Positions 10,901-19,253 of a DNA stretch of 64,000 nucleotides are shown one piece after another. Positions within the stretch are counted from its first letter, which is position 1; every line of letters starts with the position of its first letter. The position numbers were made by a program, and so were the translations under genes. The stretch is from Candidatus Poribacteria bacterium. Its GTDB lineage: Bacteria; Poribacteria; WGA-4E; WGA-3G. A model generated the notes under the pieces. It was not told the DNA's origin, ran no database searches, and saw only the letters and a program-made list of their open reading frames with translations. The stretch spans positions 4,832,001 through 4,896,000 of the forward strand of contig OZ251518.1 in NCBI GenBank assembly GCA_965242965.1. The letters are read 5' to 3'.

Positions 10901-13020
10901 TCCAAGGCTTCCCTCGTAAAACGTTGGTTATCCCCAGGCGGAGAGATACTCAGCCTTACTTCATTAAGAGTCACTTCACCATCCCTGTCATCCGGTTGGA
11001 TAGGATAAGCGAACTCCACTGTTGTAGAATCCTCTGCCGCGTCATAAACCGCAGAAAGCCATTCTGCTTTGAGTTCTACGCTACGTAGTTCTCCGTCGTA
11101 AGTCACGAAGTCGTCGAAAACCACGAAGAGCTCCGGCTTTTTTAAATGCGATGTCGCGCTGTGAAACTCTGGCCCGGTAATCTCGCCATGGAATATTACC
11201 TGAAAAATAATATTCGACCCGGCACCATACGCGAAGGGTTCCGCCGCAAATCCATAAGACTTCACGATAACCGTATCGGTGAACCATGGGTGCTGGATTC
11301 GATCCGCCAACGTCCGAAGGACATCGAAATCCTCAGCGACGAATTCCCGATTGGTTAATTCCCATGGATTCCCGAATCCATTTCCATCGGGGTCCTTTAC
11401 AAAGAGCTGCTCTTTCTGCGGATGGAGAGTCAGCCACTTTAAATTCGTCAACCCTTCAAGGGGGCTAAGATCTGCAACACGGTTTTCGCGAAGATCTAGC
11501 CGCTCTAGCGCAGTCAATCCCGCAAGCGACGAGATATCCACATATTGACAATTGTGGAGATTTAACCACTTTAACTCCTTCAAATTTCCCAAGAAGCTAG
11601 GGGCCGCGGAAAGATCGTAGTCAAAAGAATAATGACCTTGGATACTCAACGATTTCAATTTCGTCAATCGCCCAATAATCTCATAGGGTTTCGCACCAAC
11701 AGTGTCAATGTCAATAGCATCATAGACTAACACCTCTAAGTTCGGGCAGTAGGTGTCCAGTCCAGTTAAATTCATGTAGTCGTAGCTACTGATATCCAGC
11801 GCGTAGACCTGCTTCAAAAGCTCTTCTGTCAAAGGCTCAGTCCGGACGAGATTCAGATAATAATTTCTGACGGTTGAGGAGGGTTCTCCAGCAAACCGGT
11901 TTGGAGAACCATCTATGTTAGCAGGACTCTCTCCTGACGCAGGACCAAAGAAGTCACGGAGATCTACAAATACTTCTGGAGTTGCCCCCCTTTGGCGGAA
12001 TTCTTCCACGGCCCTTATGATATCCCTATTGTTCAGGAGGAATGGGGTAAGAGCAGCTTTCAACACGCCTCTGAGATCGGAATCCGGGATGGCGGCAATT
12101 TTCCCTAGACTAGAGTAGAGGGTAACGCCTTCCGCCATGAGGACCTTAGCGACGACATCGTAAAATCCAGGATAATAGGATAAGATCTCACCAACATTGG
12201 TCACACCCGGATATAGTTCCCGAAATATCTGTGTCATAGGCCGCCTGTTCTCGAACGACTCACGATCGGGGAAATATCCCGTGAGCAGAGCATCCAGTTC
12301 CGACACGGTGGCCTGAACTCTGGCACCAAAATTATTGGCACCTAACAGCACCACATCTCCACTCCCCACCCCGCTGTTTCGCAAGAGCGGCGAGAAGTCC
12401 GAGATTTTGTTGTTGTTGATTGCCAAAATTTCCAGTGCCGTCATACTTTCCACGGCATTGATGTTGACGATTCCGTTGTGCGCGACGTTTAACACTCTCA
12501 GATTGGTGAAACCTGTCGCTAAAGGGTTCAATTTAGCGTTGGCATCAGAGGGACCCTCGAAATAGTCGTCGTCAGTATTAGGCGTATTATCATTCCCATT
12601 ATTTCTATTCAAGGTCTCCTCAAGCGAATTGTTCACCAAAATCAGCACTTCCAGTGTTGTTAAACCTGACAACGCAGAGATGTTAGTAATCTTGTTGTTG
12701 CCCAGGTCCAAGTGTTCCAGTGCCCCTGCGGCCCCTAGGCCGGCAAGATTTTCGATTTTTGCAGTATCGGCTTTCCCGTAACCGTTCGCATCAAGCCGGG
12801 TGAGTTGTGATAAATGCCCCGAGTCAATGCCAGCCGTTAGCACTCTATTGCTTACGCCTCCGACGTTTTCCGCATTAAGTGCAGCATTAATTGCCTGATG
12901 GAGGTTAGTATCGGTGAAGGTCAGCTGCGCAGCAACCTGCGGTGTGCTTACCCACATCACAACTCCGAGTATCAGGCAGCACAAGGCGGCGTTGATAATA
13001 AAGTTTTTATGAAGGTTCAT
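7975..13020 (-). CDS. Giant secreted protein: internalin-like LRRs, Ig-like region, two lamin-tail-like domains, PVELSSF domain
   Basis: Signal peptide; LRR 'LEHLDLGNNKITNISALSGLTTLEVLIL'; 'VVFNELG...DWLEFRN' and 'ITISEVM...QWVELYN' LTD-like motifs; 'LPVELSSF...WTTESEVDNAGFNL'. Start placed at ATG 13020 (GAGGA RBS); the ORF is open from 13032. Confidence 0.88.
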   Translation of the reverse strand: MNLHKNFIINAALCCLILGVVMWVSTPQVAAQLTFTDTNLHQAINAALNAENVGGVSNRVLTAGIDSGHLSQLTRLDANGYGKADTAKIENLAGLGAAGALEHLDLGNNKITNISALSGLTTLEVLILVNNSLEETLNRNNGNDNTPNTDDDYFEGPSDANAKLNPLATGFTNLRVLNVAHNGIVNINAVESMTALEILAINNNKISDFSPLLRNSGVGSGDVVLLGANNFGARVQATVSELDALLTGYFPDRESFENRRPMTQIFRELYPGVTNVGEILSYYPGFYDVVAKVLMAEGVTLYSSLGKIAAIPDSDLRGVLKAALTPFLLNNRDIIRAVEEFRQRGATPEVFVDLRDFFGPASGESPANIDGSPNRFAGEPSSTVRNYYLNLVRTEPLTEELLKQVYALDISSYDYMNLTGLDTYCPNLEVLVYDAIDIDTVGAKPYEIIGRLTKLKSLSIQGHYSFDYDLSAAPSFLGNLKELKWLNLHNCQYVDISSLAGLTALERLDLRENRVADLSPLEGLTNLKWLTLHPQKEQLFVKDPDGNGFGNPWELTNREFVAEDFDVLRTLADRIQHPWFTDTVIVKSYGFAAEPFAYGAGSNIIFQVIFHGEITGPEFHSATSHLKKPELFVVFDDFVTYDGELRSVELKAEWLSAVYDAAEDSTTVEFAYPIQPDDRDGEVTLNEVRLSISPPGDNQRFTREALEGVVRLPYDEDSSAMLHWRPVDNNIFPQQSFVWVPGSKSRDKLREAGIQQVEHGGVRPGATLKNPGDAEPYAIRSLSFQHFLREADGNLAYQPLHPPQRLEAPIAQTPRTVQMRRAGGAGTVTGDFNVEITFSGPLSEASAAALPSKISVEEDVAGVTIGTATRPGEPTAYESETWTLPVTVAAGASGDVTLTLDPAGLTDAAIPGNPVASAGSTLSLTVPVNRPGESVPETEPVVFGSANNSLEFSIVFEEDGVTYEGTAKPYITIYLGERVPANERHAVWAREEDVNSTRVTFEYEVGAVDFASEVSLKSEEGVAIPKGTTFVSESVRIVGSDPPARAAGEAPPASTAAPSQPAAGSPQITVGDNKRVSLTTAFARPTALKRSVQIQGIVYLPPTEEEETKADASGVPRSPVVFNELGNGSGDSNDWLEFRNVTGSAVSLKDWELSVVQNGEKKDTSLIVFTDVSVPANGLLLITNSDPTADGNLLAGGDNAATSAVESKGSSHLYYANSGLSLPDDGKFLLILRKSKEKLGMNEAFVDVAGGGGSGTDAFIRDQTGNYDTHVWPLQVREAPGGDTEDALGSGKVWQRAKADIVGYHKDAWAEAAFTGIGYDRAVSKSAATAGTPGYPNGALKTEASTPQGSITISEVMFDSGGGKLPQWVELYNKSKTEAINLNRWRLELQNVKSEDLVGRPIVTLTLGEKIIQPNQTLLIVSGDARASSSARLPADRVYNLFKLHDKNLRIKKPQDTFLSAVGFYLKLSDRNGTKIDEVGNTDGNRRTDDAPSWALPVSPEDGVRSSLIRRYTKGTSVAEDGMARGGWVLASNVKRFVANKELHWGHAEDIGTPGYRAGGPLPVELSSFSVKREESGSVVLTWTTESEVDNAGFNLRRSEKRDSGFKLLNPALIAGAGTTGERQAYTFTDTSAKPGVEYFYQIEEVSFDGGPVPLVTRFLPGPVSASNRMLTTFGAVKLRD

Positions 13021-13160
13021 TGCTTTCCTCATTTAAACGAGTTTCGCGCTCTCTTGTGAGTTTCCTCTTGGCATTGAGAGCGGTTTGAATTGAAGCGCGC
13101 TGTTTTTCGCGCGATACGTGCCGCTGCCACGTTGGCAAGCGGATTTCTACAATATACTCA

Positions 13161-13190
13161 ATTATACCACAAATTGCATGCATTTGTCAA
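13161..13190 (-). promoter_or_regulatory. sigma70-type promoter
   Basis: Minus strand TTGACA-18 nt-TATAAT with TG extended -10. Confidence 0.7.
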
Positions 13191-13359
13191 ATTAAAAATG
13201 CGTTGAATTGTGATATAGTGTCTATTTTATCAAATTTCAGCAATTTTTGTCAAGTTTTTTTTGATTTTTTTGTTAATTTGTCAAATTTTTTGGTTTTTGG
13301 GGGTGGTTGTTTTTAGGTTTTGCGTTTTTGCGCGTTATGGTGGAAAATGGCGCGGGTTA

Positions 13360-13850
13360 CCGTAGGGCTTGGGCCCTCGCATGCCACACGCGCATGCGAG
13401 AGGGTTTCCCTCGCCGTCGTTCAGGCACCCTAGACCCTCTCTCTTCTCCCTTCTGTAGGTCAAGAGCGCCTGCTCTTGACCCGTTCGGGAGCAGGCGCTC
13501 CCGAACTACAGATGGTGGGGGGAATCGTCCGCGTAATTTGAGGATCGCGGGGGACAGGCCCCCGCGCTACGGTGGAAAAACGGGTCTGGTGCGCGGAACG
13601 CTCGCGGGGGACAGGCCCCCGCGCTACGGTAAAAAAACGGGTCTGGTGCGCGGAACGCTCGCGGGGGACAGGCCCCCGCGCTACGGTTATCCGGGCCGTC
13701 TTCGCGTTAACGAATAAAAAACGCCACCCTTACCGTAGGGCGAGGGCCTGTCCCTCGCCATCGTTCATGCCCCAGATCCCTCCCCTCTTCTCTGTAGGTC
13801 AGGATCGCCTGATCCTGACCCGTTTGTGATCAGGCGATCACAAACTACAG
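13360..13850. repeat. REP-like cluster
   Basis: A, B and nested units; the last B unit supplies the stop codon of the adjacent CDS. Confidence 0.88.
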
Positions 13851-14378
13851 AACCTCGCTATCTAATGTATTTTTCATACGTTCATTTTCAGCGCGCAAGG
13901 CATCAATCTCGGATTGCTTTTCCGCTAACTCCTCTTGCTGTGCGCCGAGTTTTTCGTCGCCTTCCTTGCGTTTATCCCATTGCTGTTTGAGGAGTGCGAG
14001 GAGCATCGTCAGGAGGCCTGTTACCAAGGCGACTAGCAAGAATTGCACGAAGGAGAGCTGCCGAGTGATGCCGCGGATTTCTGCCGAGGTCTTCTCTTCC
14101 GATGCCGTGACCGTGAGGTTAATGTATTCCTTGAGGTCCGCTTCGGTCTTGATGAGTCTCGTTGTCAACGCTGCGATGTCGGTTTTCATGACAGCGATGT
14201 CGGTTTTCATGACGGCAATATCCGCCTTCACGGTGACGAGTTCCTCATTTATTTTGTCCACTTTGGCTGTCAGTCGTGCGAACCCGGTGAGCAGGGTTTG
14301 CGCCTCTTCCCGGGTTAGTTGTCCAAACGCTGGAGATGCAATCAGCATCCCGATGAGTAAACATAAAATCCATTTCAT
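13845..14378 (-). CDS. Coiled-coil membrane protein, paralog 1
   Basis: Signal peptide MKWILCLLIGMLIASPAFG, (T/A)DIAVMK heptads, TM helix FVQFLLVALVTGLLTMLLALL, C-terminal coiled coil; GGAGG RBS. Confidence 0.85.
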   Translation of the reverse strand: MKWILCLLIGMLIASPAFGQLTREEAQTLLTGFARLTAKVDKINEELVTVKADIAVMKTDIAVMKTDIAALTTRLIKTEADLKEYINLTVTASEEKTSAEIRGITRQLSFVQFLLVALVTGLLTMLLALLKQQWDKRKEGDEKLGAQQEELAEKQSEIDALRAENERMKNTLDSEVL

Positions 14379-14399
14379 TTTGATTTCCTCCGTTGTTGT

Positions 14400-14466
14400 G
14401 ACATCGTCAAAAGTGACGATGTCTTGGTTATGATTTATTTTAACAGAAGTGTAGGTTTTTTGTCAA
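14400..14466 (-). promoter_or_regulatory. Promoter plus leader inverted repeat, conserved before all three paralogs
   Basis: TTGACA-18-TAAAAT (14466-14437) and GACATCGTCA-AAAG-TGACGATGTC (14400-14423); near-copies at ~15326-15390 and ~16280-16344. Confidence 0.65.
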
Positions 14467-14499
14467 GGTTATTTTGGTTTCGGAAAAAATAACGCCCGG

Positions 14500-14750
14500 G
14501 TTACCGTAGGGCGAGGGCCTGTCCCTCGCCATCGTTCATGCACCCTAGACCCTCCCCTCTTCTCTGTAGGTCAGGATCGCCTGATCCTGACCCGTTTGTG
14601 ATCAGGCGATCACAAACTACAGAGGGGGGGGAATCGTTCGCGCAATCCAACGCTCGCGGGGGACAGGCCCCCGCGCTACGGTTATCCGGGCCGTCTCCCT
14701 TTACCGTAGGGCGAGGGCCTGTCCCTCGCCATCGTTCATGCACCAGACCC
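14500..14750. repeat. REP-like cluster between paralogs 1 and 2
   Basis: A-B-B-A-A arrangement, near-identical to 15450-15700. Confidence 0.88.
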
Positions 14751-14751
14751 G

Positions 14752-15303
14752 CTATCCGTGTTCGCGCTCGACCTCATTTTCAAGTCTGCCGCCACTGGGC
14801 GAGACAAGGCCTGATGTATTTTTGATGCGATCAACTTCAGCGCGCAAGGCATCAATTTCGGATTGCTTTTCCGCTAACTCTTTTTGCTGCTCCGTTAACT
14901 CCTCTTGCTGTGCGCCGAGTTTTTCGTCGCCTTCCTTCCGTTTATCCCATTGCTGTTTGAGCAGCGCGAGCAGCACCGTCAAGAGCCCTGTTACCAAGGC
15001 GACTAGCAAGAGTTGCACGAAGGAGAGCTGCCGAGTGACACCGCGGATTTCTGCCGAGGTCTTCTCTTCCGATGCCGTGATGTCATTTTTCATGACGGCG
15101 ATGTCGGTTTTCATGACGGCGATGTCGGCTTTCATGACGGCGATGTCAGTTTTCACCGTGACGAGTTCCTCATTTATTTTGTCCACTTTGGCTGTCAGTT
15201 GTGCGAACCCGGTGAGCAGGGTTTGCGCCTCGTCCCGGGTTAGTTGTCCAACCGCTGGAGATGCAATCAGCATCCCGATGAGTAACCCTAAAATCCATTT
15301 CAT
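14752..15303 (-). CDS. Coiled-coil membrane protein, paralog 2
   Basis: Start reassigned to MKWILG at 15303 by homology and AGGAGG RBS. Confidence 0.85.
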   Translation of the reverse strand: MKWILGLLIGMLIASPAVGQLTRDEAQTLLTGFAQLTAKVDKINEELVTVKTDIAVMKADIAVMKTDIAVMKNDITASEEKTSAEIRGVTRQLSFVQLLLVALVTGLLTVLLALLKQQWDKRKEGDEKLGAQQEELTEQQKELAEKQSEIDALRAEVDRIKNTSGLVSPSGGRLENEVEREHG

Positions 15304-15449
15304 TTTGAATGTCCTCCTTTGTTGTGGCATCGTCAAAAGACGATGTCTTGGTTATGATTTATTTTAACAGAAGTATAGGTTTTTTGTCAAGGTTATTTTG
15401 GTTTCGGAAAAAATAACGCCCGCGCGTTAACGAACAAAAAACGCCCGGG

Positions 15450-15700
15450 TTACCGTAGGGCGAGGGCCTGTCCCTCGCCATCGTTCATGCACCCTAGACC
15501 CTCTCTCTCTCTCTGTAGGTCAGGATCGCCTGATCCTGACCCGTTTGTGATCAGGCGATCACAAACTACAGAGGGGGGGAATCGTTCGCGCAATCCAACG
15601 CTCGCGGGGGACAGGCCCCCGCGCTACGGTTGTCCGGGCCGTCTCTCCTCCATCGTAGGGCGAGGGCCTGTCCCTCGCCATCGTTCATGCACCAGATCCG
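15450..15700. repeat. REP-like cluster between paralogs 2 and 3
   Basis: Same unit order and similar linkers as 14500-14750. Confidence 0.88.
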
Positions 15701-16258
15701 CTATCCGTGTTCGCGCTCGCCCTCATTTTCAAGCCTGCCGCCACTGGGCGTGACAAGGCCTGATGTATTTTTGATGCGTTCAACTTCGGCGCGCAAGGCA
15801 TCAATTTCGGATTGCTTTTCCGCTAACGCTTTTTGCTGTGCGCCGAGTTTTTCGTCGCCTTCCTTTCGTTTATCCCATTGCTGTTTGAGGAGTGCGAGGA
15901 GCATCGTCAAGAGCCCTGTTACCAAGGCGACTAGCAAGAATTGCACGAAAGAGAGTTGTCGAGTGATGCCGCGGATTTCTGCCGAGGTCTTCTCTTCCGA
16001 TGCCGTGACTCTGGAGTCAACGTATTCCTTGAGTTCGGTTTTGGTGTCGCGGAGTTCCGTTTTCAACACCGCGATGTCGTTTTTCATGACAGCGATGTCG
16101 GTTTCCACCGTGGCGAGTTTTTCATTTATTTTGTCCAGTTTGGCGAGGATGCGCGCGTCGGATGCTGCGGCAATCTGTTCGACCTCTGCGCGTGTCACTT
16201 GCGCCATTGCGGGGGATGCAATCAGCATCCCGATGAGTAACCCTAAAATCCATTTCAT
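15701..16258 (-). CDS. Coiled-coil membrane protein, paralog 3
   Basis: Same signal peptide, TM and tail; divergent N-terminal head (QVTRAEVEQIAAASDARILAKL). Confidence 0.85.
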   Translation of the reverse strand: MKWILGLLIGMLIASPAMAQVTRAEVEQIAAASDARILAKLDKINEKLATVETDIAVMKNDIAVLKTELRDTKTELKEYVDSRVTASEEKTSAEIRGITRQLSFVQFLLVALVTGLLTMLLALLKQQWDKRKEGDEKLGAQQKALAEKQSEIDALRAEVERIKNTSGLVTPSGGRLENEGEREHG

Positions 16259-16582
16259 TTGAATGTTCTCCTTTGTTGTGACATCGCCAAAAGACGATGT
16301 GTTGGTTATGATTTATTTTAACAGAAGTGTAGTTTTTTTGTCAAGAGGTTTTTTTGTGCCGACGACGATCGCGAGGGACAGGCCCTCGCGCTACGGTGAA
16401 AAAAACGTCTCCCGCGTTGACAAAAAACGCCCGCGTTCACGAACAAAAAACGCCTCCCCTTACCGTAGGGCGAGGGACAGGCCCTCGCCATGCTGCGATC
16501 GCCGCGGAGACATCGCGATAAAAATCAAGACCGGGAGGGCTCTCCTACGAGAACGGTGATGAAGAGAATCAGTTTTTTCACT

Positions 16583-16611
16583 TTGACTTTCTGTGCAATG
16601 TTTGCTATAAT
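16583..16611 (+). promoter_or_regulatory. sigma70-type promoter
   Basis: TTGACT-17-TATAAT upstream of AGGAGG RBS and ATG 16646. Confidence 0.7.
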
Positions 16612-16645
16612 TTCAACCACAAGAAACTAGGAGGAGGCGTGTCAA

Positions 16646-18118
16646 ATGAACACGAATGCAGTGCAACTGACCGGACAAGAAATGCAGGATTTCATCATCA
16701 ACGGCTACGTCAAGGTGAAAACCGATTTCCCACCCAGTTTTCACGAGGACATCTATAACAAATTGGAGAAGATGTTCGCGCAAACCGGCAACTTGGGCAA
16801 CAATGTTCTCCCGCTCATCCCTGAAATTCAGGCGGTGTTCGACCATCCCGTCGTTCACGGCGCAATGCAGGGAGTGCTAGGCACCAATTATGTCATGCAT
16901 CCGCACCGATACTGCCACTACAATCAAGTGGGCAGCGAGGGACAGGTATTTCATAAAGATACCTACGAAGGAGACGAGCAGGTGCGCCGGCACCGGTGCC
17001 GCTGGACGATGGCGTTCTATTATCCGCAGGACGTTACGGCGGACATGGGGCCGACAGCCGTTTTGCCGGGTTCGCAGTATTACGATACCGATGAGAGCGC
17101 GCACGCGCAACCTGAACTCGCACTCTGTGGCGAAGCCGGCACGGTGACGATTGTCCACTATGATATTTGGCATCGCGCCATGCCGAATCAGAGCCACAAA
17201 AAGCGGTATATGTTGAAGTTCCTCTTTTCGCGCTTGGACGAACCGGCGACGCGCGCTGAACCGACATGGCATAACCAGAAACCAGCATGGGAATCCGACA
17301 GCAACGGCGCAGTGTCCGCCCTATTGCATCGAGACCGGGAGGTCTCTCCTACATGGGAATCCGACAGCAACGGCGCAGCATCACCCCTGTGGGAATCGCT
17401 CTGGGATTGGTATCAAGGGAAACCCAACGGGACTTCAAACGGTGCATCACCTGCGGAAGTGAGCACGCTGATTCAGACATTGGCAAGCGAAGATGAGCGC
17501 GCGTGCCTAAACGCCGCCTATCGCTTGGGACGAGTTGGCGAAGCCGCAGTACCGGCTTTGAAACAGGCGTTATATGGCAGTTGCCCAAATACGCGCGGGT
17601 ATGCGGAATATGCCCTCAGCAACATCGGCACTCCTGCCGTCCCGACGCTGATTGACGCATTAACTGCCGATGCCGAATTCGTCCGCGCAAGCGCGGCTTA
17701 TGCGTTAGCCGATATGGGGAAAACCGCACGAGAGGCGGTGCCTGCATTGACGCGCGCCGCACAAGATAGCAGTCAATGGGTGCGGCGGCATGCAATGGAA
17801 GGGTTAGGGCTCATCGGACAGCAGGGCACAGTGGAAACGGAACTCTCGGAAGCGGTGCAGGGATTGACAATCGGGTTGCGCGATGATTTCTATTGGGTTC
17901 GCGACAACGCCGCTCGCGCGCTTGCAAAGTTAGGCGCGCTGGCGGAACCGGCAATCCCTGCGCTCGTTGAAAGATTAGATGATGAAAACCGATATGTCCG
18001 ATTCCACGCCGCGCTGGCTTTAAAGCGAATTAATACACCGCCGGCGCAGGACGCGTTATTCGGGCATCTGTTCGCATCGCGCTGGTGCGCGCTGACAACA
18101 AACGAGCGGCCGTATTAG
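16646..18118 (+). CDS. PhyH-family dioxygenase fused to HEAT repeats (paralog of 5742-7103)
   Basis: HKD motif, 'GPTAVLPGS', 'WHRAMPN'; HEAT repeats; shared C-terminal RWCxLTT. Confidence 0.9.
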   Translation: MNTNAVQLTGQEMQDFIINGYVKVKTDFPPSFHEDIYNKLEKMFAQTGNLGNNVLPLIPEIQAVFDHPVVHGAMQGVLGTNYVMHPHRYCHYNQVGSEGQVFHKDTYEGDEQVRRHRCRWTMAFYYPQDVTADMGPTAVLPGSQYYDTDESAHAQPELALCGEAGTVTIVHYDIWHRAMPNQSHKKRYMLKFLFSRLDEPATRAEPTWHNQKPAWESDSNGAVSALLHRDREVSPTWESDSNGAASPLWESLWDWYQGKPNGTSNGASPAEVSTLIQTLASEDERACLNAAYRLGRVGEAAVPALKQALYGSCPNTRGYAEYALSNIGTPAVPTLIDALTADAEFVRASAAYALADMGKTAREAVPALTRAAQDSSQWVRRHAMEGLGLIGQQGTVETELSEAVQGLTIGLRDDFYWVRDNAARALAKLGALAEPAIPALVERLDDENRYVRFHAALALKRINTPPAQDALFGHLFASRWCALTTNERPY

Positions 18119-18119
18119 T

Positions 18120-19015
18120 GTGAGGGTTTCATATCTTGATGGCTTCCCGGTAGGAGAGACCTCCCGGTCTCGATATCGTCATCGCAATCCAACGATCGCG
18201 GGGGAAACCCGCTCGCATGCGCGTGTGGCATGCGAGGGCCCCCGCGCTACGGTGAAAAAACGCCTCCCGCGTTGCCGAACAAAAAACGCCCGGGTTACCG
18301 TAGGGCGAGGGCCTGTCCCTCGCCATCGTTCCGCGCACCAGACCCCCTCTTCTCTTCTGTAGGGCAAGAGCGCCGGCTCCTGACCCGTTTCGGGAGCGGG
18401 CGCTCCCGAACTACAGAGGGGAAACACACATCGGGACGCTGGAGATCGCGGGGGACAGGCCCCCGCGCTACGGTTATCCGGGCCGTCTCCCTTCATCGTA
18501 GGGCTTGGGCCCTCGCATGCCACACGCGCATCCGAGCGGGTTCCCCTCGCCATCGTTCCGCGCACCAGACCCCCCCCTCTTCTCTTCTGTAGGTCAAGAG
18601 CACCTGCTCTTGACCCGTTCGGGAGCAGGCGCTCCCGAACTACAGAGGGGGGAGAATCGTTCGCGTCATTTGACGATCGCGGGGGACAGGCCCCCGCGCT
18701 ACGGTGAAAAAACGTCTCCCGCATTGCCGAACAAAAAACGCCCGGGTTACCGTAGGGCGAGGGCCTGTCCCTCGCCAGCGTTCGCACTAGAGAAAACGTC
18801 TTTTAAGGGCCTAAAGGCCCTAAAGAGGGCATCGTAATGAGAGAGATCGCGGGGGACAGGCCCCCGCGCTACGGTGAAAAAAAACGCCTCCCTTCATCGT
18901 AGGGCGAGGGCCCTCGGATGCCACACGCGCATGCGAGCGGGTTTCCCTCGCCATGCTGCGATCGCCGCGGAGACATCGCGATAAAAATCAAGACCGGGAG
19001 GGCTCGCCTACCGGG
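18120..19015. repeat. REP-like cluster
   Basis: A, B, C and nested units; begins with a TIR-like GAGGGTTTCATAT. Confidence 0.88.
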
Positions 19016-19025
19016 AAGACATCGA

Positions 19026-19253
19026 CTAAACGTGTGAAGGTTCAGACGCTTCCTCTAACGAAGCATCTTGTTGCGCCACCTTCACATTCTGTGTCGGATA
19101 TAGCCGCCGCGTGGAAACAGGAGCCTGACGCAGCTTCGGACGAGGCCGGAACTGAGGCACCGGCTCCGGCGGCTCATAACTCGCATGGACTGGCCGCTGC
19201 GCCACCGGATGTTCCTGAACGGCTGTTGGAGTATCAACGGGTTGCTCTTTCAT
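19026..19253 (-). CDS. Small Pro/Gln-rich hypothetical protein (75 aa)
   Basis: ATG at 19253 overlaps the TGA of the upstream gene (ATGA coupling); no recognisable motif. Confidence 0.45.
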   Translation of the reverse strand: MKEQPVDTPTAVQEHPVAQRPVHASYEPPEPVPQFRPRPKLRQAPVSTRRLYPTQNVKVAQQDASLEEASEPSHV

